A DNA stretch of 33,942 nt. Source: a virus (Duplodnaviria > Caudoviricetes). A program made the translations under genes and the position numbers. Below, piece after piece: positions 8,091 through 15,247 of the stretch; position 1 is the first letter of the stretch, and every line of letters starts with the position of its first letter. Location: positions 1-33,942 of IMG/VR virus record IMGVR_UViG_3300025875_000075. The stretch is one strand, 5' to 3'. A model generated the notes under the pieces. That model was not told the origin of the DNA and ran no database searches. It saw only the letters and a list, made by a program, of their open reading frames with translations.

Positions 8091-8375
8091 GTGATGGAGA
8101 CAGACAGCATGAGCACGAGATGCAGGCACAAGGGCTCGACGGTGCTCACGACCCTGGCCGGGTACGAGGTGCGGCTCGACACCGAGCCCCTCGATCCCCT
8201 GGCCGAGCTGGTGGCAGCAGTGGCTGGCCGTCGCACCTACACCGCCTATGCCAGCGGTGGCGCGTCCTACCGTGACGGCCAGACCATCCGGGCCCGCCCC
8301 GCCGGCACCCGTCCACGGGAGACCGTCCGGGTGCAGCACCAGTGTCCGCCGTCCATCACCCCGGGAGCGTCATGA
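8091..8375 (+). CDS. Hypothetical protein (first gene of the packaging operon)
   Basis: Purine-rich RBS (GGGAGGGAAGGGGGAG); C...VQHQC; ATGA overlap with the next gene. Confidence 0.7.
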   Translation: MMETDSMSTRCRHKGSTVLTTLAGYEVRLDTEPLDPLAELVAAVAGRRTYTAYASGGASYRDGQTIRARPAGTRPRETVRVQHQCPPSITPGAS

Positions 8376-10261
8376 CCGCGATCGACCTGGCCGCCCTCGC
8401 CTCGACCCTCGGCGTCGCCCTCGACGGGATGGTGCACGGCTGCGGATGCGGCCATGTGCACCCGCACGAGCCCTCGGCGATCACCGCTGATCCCTACGCC
8501 TGGCGGACCATCCGGCAGAACGTGCTCGCCCGCGATGGCCGGCGGTGCCAGGTGTGGCAGACCGGGACGGGCGTCGTGGCAGCGGACGGCAGCGGGGAGG
8601 AGGTGTGCGGGGCGACCGCCACCATCGCCGGGCACAAGTTGGCCCGCGGTCGGGGCGGATGCGACCGGCCGCGCAACTTGCGAGCCGAGTGCAAGCCGCA
8701 CAGCGACTCGGACTCGGGCCGGCTCACCCGCGAGGAACGGGACGCGCTCAACCTCGCACGCGCCCTCGTCGCCCGTGACGGGGCTCTCGACGGGGCCGTT
8801 CTCGCCTCTCAGCCTGTGGATAACCGGTCGGTTTTTCCACAGGGCGTCGCTCACGGTGACCCCGGCTCTGGGAAAATCTCTCTCTCAGCGTCGCGGGCCG
8901 ACGATCGCGAGGGCGTCGTGCGCAGTGACCTGCGGATCGTCGGCGACCGGGGCACGCACGCCGACGGATCGTCAGCGGGCCGACGCGGGTCAGATGGAAG
9001 CTCGGCGAGCCCCGGGGGTGTGATCGACCCGAGCACGTTCGCCGTCCCCGGCCCCGACTCCGAGGTGTGGGACGCCGCCCCGTGGCTGGACAAGCTCCGC
9101 AAGGTGCCCGAGGGGGCGGTCTGGCCCCGGCTCATGACCTACCCCCACCCGCGGGCGGTGGGCACGTACGGTCCCGAGCTGCTCGAGGTGCACGGGCGCA
9201 CCACGAAGGGTGGCCGGCTGCGGTGGTGGCAGCGGCTCGCCGCGTACCGCATTCTCGAGCACGACGCCGATGGCGTGCTCGTGTGGGCCGAGTTCATCGA
9301 GTCGACGGCCCGTCAGCTCGGCAAGAGCGTCGGTTTGCGGGCTCTGGCCTGGCATCGGGTGCTCAAAGGCCCTCAGCGGTGGGGCGAGCAGCTCGTGCTC
9401 CACACCGGCCGCGAGCTCGGCATCGTTCGGGAGGTCATGCTGCCGGCGTGGGCGTGGGCCGAGCGCAACGGGCTGGAGGCGTCGCGGAACAATCTCAACC
9501 CTGGGATCTCTACCGAGCCGCACATGACGGGCTCTCGGTGGGTGATCCGGGCCAAGAACGCCGCCTATGGGCTTGGTCCAGGGCTCGCGGTGGTCGACGA
9601 GGCGTGGGACGTGGCTGGCGTGACGGTCGACGAGGCGATCGAGCCGACGCTGGTCGAGCAGCCCTCCCATCAGCTCGGCATGTTCTCCACCGCGCACCGC
9701 AAGGCGACGGGGCTCGTGCTTGAGCGCCGGGCGGTGATGATCGCCGAGATCGTGCGTCCGACCCACCGATTGCTGCTCGAGTGGTCCGCGCCGGCCGATA
9801 TCGACCGTTCCGACCCGCGGGCGTGGCGGGCAGCGTCGCCGCACTGGTCGCCGAACCGCGAGCGGCTGGTGCGCTCGGCGCTGGCGAAGGTGCTCCGCGG
9901 CGAGAGCGTCGACCCGGAGGAACCGGACCCGATCGCTTCGTTCGACGCTCAGTGGCTCAACCGGTGGCCGAACGTCATCACGATCAAGGCCAAGACCCTT
10001 GACGAGCCCCTGATCGCCGGTACCGAGCGCCTCGAGGGGGGTCTGCGGTCGCTGGCGTGGGATTCCTGCCTCGACCCGGATGCGACGCCGGCTCCCGACT
10101 CGCCGGTCGTGCTCGCGCTGGAGGACGACCTCGGCGACGGCGCCACTGCGGCGGCCGCCGCGCTCTGCCCCGATGGCCGGGTCGTGGCCGGCGGGTGGAC
10201 TGGTGCGAGGACACCGCCGACGGCGCCGACGACGCGATTCTGCTGGTCGGGGCGTCGATGA
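8372..10261 (+). CDS. terL: HNH endonuclease domain fused to terminase large subunit (C-terminus continues in the -1 frame to 10530)
   Basis: HNH: WRTIRQNVLARDGRRCQ...C...AGHKLARGRGG...NLRAECKPH. Terminase ATPase: LRWWQ, Walker A ARQLGKS, Walker B LAVVDEAW, coupling motif FSTAH. No stop between them. Confidence 0.85.
   Translation: MTAIDLAALASTLGVALDGMVHGCGCGHVHPHEPSAITADPYAWRTIRQNVLARDGRRCQVWQTGTGVVAADGSGEEVCGATATIAGHKLARGRGGCDRPRNLRAECKPHSDSDSGRLTREERDALNLARALVARDGALDGAVLASQPVDNRSVFPQGVAHGDPGSGKISLSASRADDREGVVRSDLRIVGDRGTHADGSSAGRRGSDGSSASPGGVIDPSTFAVPGPDSEVWDAAPWLDKLRKVPEGAVWPRLMTYPHPRAVGTYGPELLEVHGRTTKGGRLRWWQRLAAYRILEHDADGVLVWAEFIESTARQLGKSVGLRALAWHRVLKGPQRWGEQLVLHTGRELGIVREVMLPAWAWAERNGLEASRNNLNPGISTEPHMTGSRWVIRAKNAAYGLGPGLAVVDEAWDVAGVTVDEAIEPTLVEQPSHQLGMFSTAHRKATGLVLERRAVMIAEIVRPTHRLLLEWSAPADIDRSDPRAWRAASPHWSPNRERLVRSALAKVLRGESVDPEEPDPIASFDAQWLNRWPNVITIKAKTLDEPLIAGTERLEGGLRSLAWDSCLDPDATPAPDSPVVLALEDDLGDGATAAAAALCPDGRVVAGGWTGARTPPTAPTTRFCWSGRR
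8813..8843. promoter_or_regulatory. Inverted pair of DnaA-box-like 9-mers
   Basis: TGTGGATAA (8815-8823) and TTTTCCACA (8833-8841) within CCTGTGGA...TCCACAGG. Confidence 0.5.
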
Positions 10262-10530
10262 TCGACGACGCCGAGCTTGAGGCGGTCGACATCGCCCTCG
10301 AGCCGGTGGGCCGCGCTGAGACCGCGGTCGCGCTGCCGCTGTTCCGTGAGCTGGTGCGCCTTGGGCACGTCGCGCATGACGGCGATGAGGACACCTCCGA
10401 CGCGGTGCTCGGGGCTCGTGTTCGCCCCGGCGCCGGCGGGTCATCCATACTGCTGACCGGGAACGAGTCGACGAGCCTCGTACGGTGCGTGATGTGGGCC
10501 GTGCAGCGGGCACACCGCGACCGGACGTGA
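10195..10530 (+). CDS. Frameshifted C-terminal segment of the terminase nuclease domain
   Basis: VDWCEDTADG...ILLVGASM...ALPLFRELVRLGHVAHDG...SLVRCVMWAV reads as real protein. The original frame turns to Pro/Thr/Arg-rich sequence after VVAGGW. Confidence 0.7.
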   Translation: MDWCEDTADGADDAILLVGASMIDDAELEAVDIALEPVGRAETAVALPLFRELVRLGHVAHDGDEDTSDAVLGARVRPGAGGSSILLTGNESTSLVRCVMWAVQRAHRDRT

Positions 10531-10543
10531 TGAGGGGGCCCCT

Positions 10544-10948
10544 GTGGACCGATTGAGCGACGACGAGCTCGCCGGCAGGCACCCGGGGGTGACCGAGCTG
10601 CTCTCGTTCTTCGACGCCGGACACCTGCCCGACGATCTGCGGGTCGTGTCCGAGCCGTGTGGCGAGCTGGCGCACCACCTCGTCGCCACCCTGCCCGACG
10701 GGCCGGAGCTGACCACCGGGCTGCGGAAGCTGCTCGAGGCCAAGGATTGCGCCGTGCGGCAGGCGATCCGAGCCCGGATCTCGCGTTCGGCGCCGTGGGT
10801 GGCCCCGAACGCCCGCGGCGTGGCCGGCGCGGACATCGAGCGTGAGGGTGACGATCCGCGCGACGGCGACCTTGACGGCGGTGACGACGAGGTGCTCGAC
10901 GTGGCGACGCACGGCGACCCGACCGCGACGCAGGTGTTTCGGCGATGA
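10544..10948 (+). CDS. Helical-hairpin protein (GPELTTGLRKLLEAKDCAVR family), possible Acb2/Tad1-like nucleotide sponge
   Basis: GAGGGGG RBS; FFDAGHLP..L..VS.P..ELA...RKLLEAKDCAVR pattern and an acidic tail. The function is inference. Confidence 0.6.
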   Translation: MDRLSDDELAGRHPGVTELLSFFDAGHLPDDLRVVSEPCGELAHHLVATLPDGPELTTGLRKLLEAKDCAVRQAIRARISRSAPWVAPNARGVAGADIEREGDDPRDGDLDGGDDEVLDVATHGDPTATQVFRR

Positions 10949-11307
10949 TCGACCCCGTGCAGCGGCTCGATGGCATCGCCCGTGTGTGCCACGAGGCGAA
11001 CCGCGCCTGGCAGATCGTCACCGGCGACCCGGTGGTCTCGCCGTCGTGGGACGAGGCGTCCGTCGACCAGCGGATGAGTGCCCGAGACGGGGTGCAGGTC
11101 GCTCTTGCGGGCGCCACTCCCGAGCAACTCCACGAGTCGTGGACGCGCAACAAGCTGGTGAACGGGTGGACGTTCGGTGCGGTGAAGGACGAGGCCGCGA
11201 AGACTCACCCCTGCCTCGTGCCGTACGACGAGCTGCCGGCCGAGCAGCGGGCGAAGGACGCGCTGTTCGGTGCCATCGTGACCGCGCTCGGGCGGGCGGC
11301 CTCGTGA
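10945..11307 (+). CDS. RyR (ryanodine receptor repeat) domain protein
   Basis: IARVCHEANRAW, HESW...GWTFGAVKDEAAKTHPCLVPYDELP.EQRAKD; GW.xG..KD...K.HP.LVPY..L is the RyR signature. Confidence 0.9.
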   Translation: MIDPVQRLDGIARVCHEANRAWQIVTGDPVVSPSWDEASVDQRMSARDGVQVALAGATPEQLHESWTRNKLVNGWTFGAVKDEAAKTHPCLVPYDELPAEQRAKDALFGAIVTALGRAAS

Positions 11308-11480
11308 TCGAGCCCGCACCGCCCGTTCCGCTGGTCGAGGTGCTCGTCGTCGAGCCCGCACCGGCTGTCGAGCCCCTCGCCTGCACCGCGGCGACGAACG
11401 GTGGGCACCTCCCGTGCCGCCTTGTCGCCGGCCATTCGGGGCTGCACCAGCTCGCTGACGGAACGGTGTTCGCCCCGTGA
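11304..11480 (+). CDS. Small protein with a Cys/His mini-domain
   Basis: GTGA overlaps at both ends; ACTAATNGGHLPCRLVAGHSGLH. Confidence 0.6.
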   Translation: MIEPAPPVPLVEVLVVEPAPAVEPLACTAATNGGHLPCRLVAGHSGLHQLADGTVFAP

Positions 11481-12832
11481 CCGAGCCCCGCGAGCCGTTC
11501 ACGATCGTCGACCGGCGCGGGGTGGCCATCGAGCGGACGGCGTTCCCCCGCGACCCCAGCCTTGTCGAGCCGAGCAACGGGCCCGCGGGCGCCGTCGGCC
11601 CCGACTCGCCGGCCACGCTCTACGGTGCGACCGCCGACGCCGAGCCGGTGATCGTCGATGGTGACGAGTTCGACGCCGCGCTGCCTGGCCCCCGGCTCAC
11701 CCCGACCCCGTGGGCCGGGTGGCCCTCGCAGTGGCAACCCGCGTGGGGCAACGGCGGGGGCGGTGCCGGGCTCGGTGGGCTCGGCCGGCAGGTCTCGACG
11801 GTGTTCTCGTGCACCGCGCTCAACGCGAACGCCCTCGCCTCGATGCCCGTCTCGCTCACCGAGGCCGGGCGCCCGCTGGACCCGCTGCTCTACGAGTGGA
11901 CGGAGAATCCTGAGCCCCGGCTCTACTCGGGCATCGATGAGTTCCTCACGCAGGCGGTCGTCTCGATCCTGACCCGGGGCGATCTCTACATCGCCCCGAC
12001 GCATTGGGAGTGGGAGACGCTGCTTCCCGATCGATTCATGGTCGTCGACCCTGATCGGGTGACGTGCCGGTTCGCCCTGGACGGGGCGACGCGCGACTAC
12101 TGGATCAACGGCGAGCCCCTCATGCCCGGGGATCTGCTGCACACCCGCTACATGAGCGCGGCGGGCTGGCCGACCGGGCTCTCGCCGTTGCAGGCCGCCG
12201 CGGGTAACCTCCGGTCGGCTGGGGCGCTTGAGCAGTACGGCGCGCAGATCGCCGAGTCGGGTGGCATCCCCTGGGGGACGCTCACCACCGACGAGCGTCT
12301 CACCCGGCGGCAGCGGGCGATTGCCCGGCAGGAGTGGATCGAGGCGCAGGCCAACCGCATGGGCGGGCCCGCGATCTTTGGGCAGGGGCTCAAGCTCGAC
12401 ACGCTGTCGATCAACCCCAAGGACATGGCGCTGCTCGACCTGCGGGTGTTCGACGAGCAGCGGATCGCGGCAGCGTTCGGGGTTCCGCCGTTCCTCATCG
12501 GCCTCCCCCAGCCCGAGGGGCTCACCTACGCGAACGCCACCTCGATGTACGACGCGCACTGGCGGCAGATGCTCCGGCCGCTGGCGCGGAAGATCATGGG
12601 CGCGCTCTCGTCGTGGGCGCTGCCGCGGGGGCAGCGGGTGCACCTCAATGCGGGCGACTACGTGCAGCCCTCGCTTCCTGAGCGCACCACCGCCTACAAG
12701 GAGATGCACGATGCCGGTGCGCTCACGGTCGACGAGTGGCGGGCGCTCGAGGGGCTGCCCCCGCTCACTGCCGGCCAGCGTGCCAGCAGGGCGCTCGCCG
12801 AGCAGACCGCCGACTCGGCGGTGACCCAGTGA
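11477..12832 (+). CDS. Portal protein (HK97 family)
   Basis: VFSCTALNANALASMP, DLLHTR...GLSPL, INPKDMALLDLR...IAAAFGVPPFLIG, LTVDEWRALEGLPP. Confidence 0.95.
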   Translation: MTEPREPFTIVDRRGVAIERTAFPRDPSLVEPSNGPAGAVGPDSPATLYGATADAEPVIVDGDEFDAALPGPRLTPTPWAGWPSQWQPAWGNGGGGAGLGGLGRQVSTVFSCTALNANALASMPVSLTEAGRPLDPLLYEWTENPEPRLYSGIDEFLTQAVVSILTRGDLYIAPTHWEWETLLPDRFMVVDPDRVTCRFALDGATRDYWINGEPLMPGDLLHTRYMSAAGWPTGLSPLQAAAGNLRSAGALEQYGAQIAESGGIPWGTLTTDERLTRRQRAIARQEWIEAQANRMGGPAIFGQGLKLDTLSINPKDMALLDLRVFDEQRIAAAFGVPPFLIGLPQPEGLTYANATSMYDAHWRQMLRPLARKIMGALSSWALPRGQRVHLNAGDYVQPSLPERTTAYKEMHDAGALTVDEWRALEGLPPLTAGQRASRALAEQTADSAVTQ

Positions 12833-13062
12833 GCGGGCTCCCGTGGTCGCGGCCGATGAAGGGTCGGCGGTGCGCCGCGCGGCTGCGCGCCGAGTCCAAC
12901 CCGCAGCGGTACGGCCGGTGCGAGCTCGCCCGGGATCATGAGGGCGAGGCGCACGCCCTCGAGTACGGGATGGGCGTCGTCCGGTGGGACGACGGCCCGG
13001 TGTGGGACAGCCATGACGAGGCCGGGCAGCGTCCGGCCGACGAGAGGACCGACCCCCGATGA
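12829..13062 (+). CDS. Small protein with a Cys/His mini-domain
   Basis: Overlap chain; RRC...RCELARDHEGEAH...VRW. Confidence 0.6.
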   Translation: MSGLPWSRPMKGRRCAARLRAESNPQRYGRCELARDHEGEAHALEYGMGVVRWDDGPVWDSHDEAGQRPADERTDPR

Positions 13063-13766
13063 CCTTGAGCTTGCCCCCGCTGCCCGCGCTCCCTGACCTC
13101 GACGCGCTCACCCGCTCGATGCCCGCGGCCGAGTACGACATCGACCGGGCGCAGGGCATCGTCGAGGCGCTGATCGTGCCCTACATGACCCCCGCGCACA
13201 TCGTCGAGATCATCCCTGACGCTGCCGGCCGCGGGCAGGTCGTCGACTACTCCGAGCAGTTCGCCCCGGGTTCGCTGGAGCGGGCGAAGGCGGCGCCGAA
13301 CCGGGTCGGGTTGACGTTCACGCACTCGGACTCGATGCCCGACCGCATGGGCTACGGGCGGGAGATCCGCGACGACGAGACACTCAATGGTGCGGTCGCC
13401 GTCTTCCAGCTCTACCGGGACACCCTTGACCGGTCGATCGAGCTGCTCACCACCTCGCACACCGGCATGAGCGTCACCGCCCGCTGCATCCGGCCGATGC
13501 GCGGCACCGAGACGAACGGCGCGCTGGTCACTCGCGAGGCCGTGCACCTCACGACGGTCGCCGCCACGGACAATCCCGCCTACATCGACACCCGCGTACT
13601 GGCGATCCGCGAGCGGCAGGCGATCCTCGCCGCCGAGCAGGAGCGCACCACCGAGCGCGCGGCACAGTACGTCGACTCGCTGCTGCTGCTGCGGTCCCGA
13701 GGGCGTGAGCTCTCCCCGGCGCAGGACGCCTACCTCGCCGAGCACGGGCACCCGATCGCCCGATGA
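13059..13766 (+). CDS. Prohead (capsid maturation) protease, HK97 type
   Basis: IVEALIVPY, EQFAPGS, catalytic-like FTH and GMSV, NPAY...VLAIR; lies after the portal. Confidence 0.85.
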   Translation: MTLSLPPLPALPDLDALTRSMPAAEYDIDRAQGIVEALIVPYMTPAHIVEIIPDAAGRGQVVDYSEQFAPGSLERAKAAPNRVGLTFTHSDSMPDRMGYGREIRDDETLNGAVAVFQLYRDTLDRSIELLTTSHTGMSVTARCIRPMRGTETNGALVTREAVHLTTVAATDNPAYIDTRVLAIRERQAILAAEQERTTERAAQYVDSLLLLRSRGRELSPAQDAYLAEHGHPIAR

Positions 13767-13849
13767 GCCGGCAGGCGTGGCGCACGGTCGCCATGCTGGT
13801 CGCGTTCGAGCTGGCCGTAATCGTGCTCGCGGTGTGGCTGGCCCGGTAG
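13763..13849 (+). CDS. 28-aa single-TM peptide
   Basis: MSRQAWRTVAMLVAFELAVIVLAVWLAR; ATGA overlap; stop just before a terminator. Confidence 0.5.
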   Translation: MSRQAWRTVAMLVAFELAVIVLAVWLAR

Positions 13850-13859
13850 CGTCGCCGTC

Positions 13860-13903
13860 GCGCCGGGGCAGCTCCCCCCGTGGCTGCCCCGGCGCTTCGT
13901 TGT
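13860..13903 (+). terminator. Intrinsic terminator
   Basis: 13-bp stem GCGCCGGGGCAGC/GCTGCCCCGGCGC followed by TTCGTTGT. Confidence 0.75.
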
Positions 13904-13967
13904 CCGGGTGTCCAGTTCTGGACATTCGCAAGCCTCAGGGGTTGCCCACCTCGGACGGGTGAGATTA

Positions 13968-14010
13968 TGTCGGGGTTTGTCTTGAGTTGTCGGGGTTCTC
14001 TGCCGATGAT
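13968..14010 (+). promoter_or_regulatory. Promoter (probably leaderless) overlaid with 10-bp-phased TGTC repeats
   Basis: TTGAGT-N17-GATGAT, 6 nt before ATG 14017. TGTCGGGGTT/TGTCTTGAGT/TGTCGGGGTT at 13968/13978/13988. Confidence 0.55.
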
Positions 14011-14016
14011 GAAGGC

Positions 14017-14307
14017 ATGACCACCCCCCGCGTTACCGCCGCAACGCTCGCGGCTGCCGCCACGCGCCTCGCCGGCACGGTCGTCCTCGACCTCGCTGAC
14101 CTGACCGTCGGGCCCGCGACCTACCTGCCCCGACTCGAGGCGTTCGCCGAGATCGGGGACCCGACCGAGATCCTCGGCGACGACGACGGCACGCTCGTTG
14201 TGCTCGTCCAGCCGGGCGTCGCTCGCGACCTCATCGCCGAGCACGGCACGCCCGGCCGGGCCGCTGCCGTCGTGAACCGTGAGCTCCGCTCGGTGTGGTC
14301 GGCATGA
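14017..14307 (+). CDS. Hypothetical protein (moron gene 1)
   Basis: ATG directly after a promoter; ATGA overlap with the next gene. Confidence 0.7.
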   Translation: MTTPRVTAATLAAAATRLAGTVVLDLADLTVGPATYLPRLEAFAEIGDPTEILGDDDGTLVVLVQPGVARDLIAEHGTPGRAAAVVNRELRSVWSA

Positions 14308-15032
14308 GCGCGCTCTCGCTGGTCTCGTCCTGGGGCGGGGACGCGATGCCCGACGGCGTGACCATCGACCGGCCGGTTGACGCGACGGTCTACTCGTCGC
14401 GGCAGACCGCCGAGCGCCGTGCCGCCCGCATCCGGGCCAACGTGGCCGAGCTGGTCGGCGACCTCGTGGACGCCTGGCGCGAGCACGACGACGAGGCGCT
14501 CGGGTTCGTCTCGTTCGCCGAGTTCACCGCGTGGCTGTTCGGCGACGTGAGCCGGGTGTCGATCCCGGTCGAGGCCCGCCGCGAGCTGGTGGCAGGCATG
14601 ACCGAGCGCGACGGGCTGTCGGTGCGGAAGATCGCCGACGCCCTCGGTGTGAGCAAGAGCCTCGTCGCCGACGACCGCAAGATCATGCTCCACCCGCAGG
14701 CGCTCGACGACGCCCGGATCATCGACGCCGAGGTCGTCGAGCCGCTCGACCCGTTCCGCGGGCTGTCGGCCCGGTGGGAGGTGCTGGCCCGCGTCGCCGC
14801 GCAGGCCGAGCGCGGGCTCACCTCGGTCGAGCTGGACGCCGAGCTCGACGCGCCGCTCGGCACCGCGACCGGCTCACTGTCCAAGCTGGCCGCCCGTGGG
14901 CTCATTGAGATCGGGTCGCTCGACGAGGCTCGGGCGAACCGGCGCCCCTACCGGGTGACCGAGCCCGGCCGGGCCCGGCTGGCCGAGCTGCTGACCGCCC
15001 GCGACGCCGCCGAGGGCGACGTCGAGGGGTGA
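14304..15032 (+). CDS. Double-HTH DNA-binding protein (HTH plus winged helix)
   Basis: GLSVRKIADALGVSKSLVADD; C-terminal GLTSVELDAEL...TATGSLSKLAARGLI...PYRVTEPGR. Confidence 0.8.
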   Translation: MSALSLVSSWGGDAMPDGVTIDRPVDATVYSSRQTAERRAARIRANVAELVGDLVDAWREHDDEALGFVSFAEFTAWLFGDVSRVSIPVEARRELVAGMTERDGLSVRKIADALGVSKSLVADDRKIMLHPQALDDARIIDAEVVEPLDPFRGLSARWEVLARVAAQAERGLTSVELDAELDAPLGTATGSLSKLAARGLIEIGSLDEARANRRPYRVTEPGRARLAELLTARDAAEGDVEG

Positions 15033-15086
15033 GCCCGTAACATCGAGCCCGCGCGGTAGCGCACGACCTCCCAGGGTCGGCACGAG

Positions 15087-15128
15087 ACGGCCCGCACCCG
15101 CCCGGGGGTGCGGGCCGTTCGTGCGTTT
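15087..15128 (+). terminator. Intrinsic terminator
   Basis: 13-bp stem ACGGCCCGCACCC/GGGTGCGGGCCGT followed by TCGTGCGTTT. Confidence 0.75.
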
Positions 15129-15247
15129 GGTGACGACGCACGGTGACTGGATCGTCTACTCTGCCGACCATCGCCGAGCGACACCCCCGTCACTGACGGG
15201 CACCCCGTGAGCGCGTGACTCCCACGTCACCCCTCGAGAGGTACCCC

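Noticed and set aside
8091-8375. Small terminase subunit
   Set aside because: The position fits, but I see no TerS-like HTH or oligomerisation helices; left as hypothetical.
13968-14010. PafBC-type promoter at the TGTCGG copies (also 27808)
   Set aside because: There is no TANNNT at the required 10-nt spacing; phased direct repeats over a -35/-10 promoter fit better.
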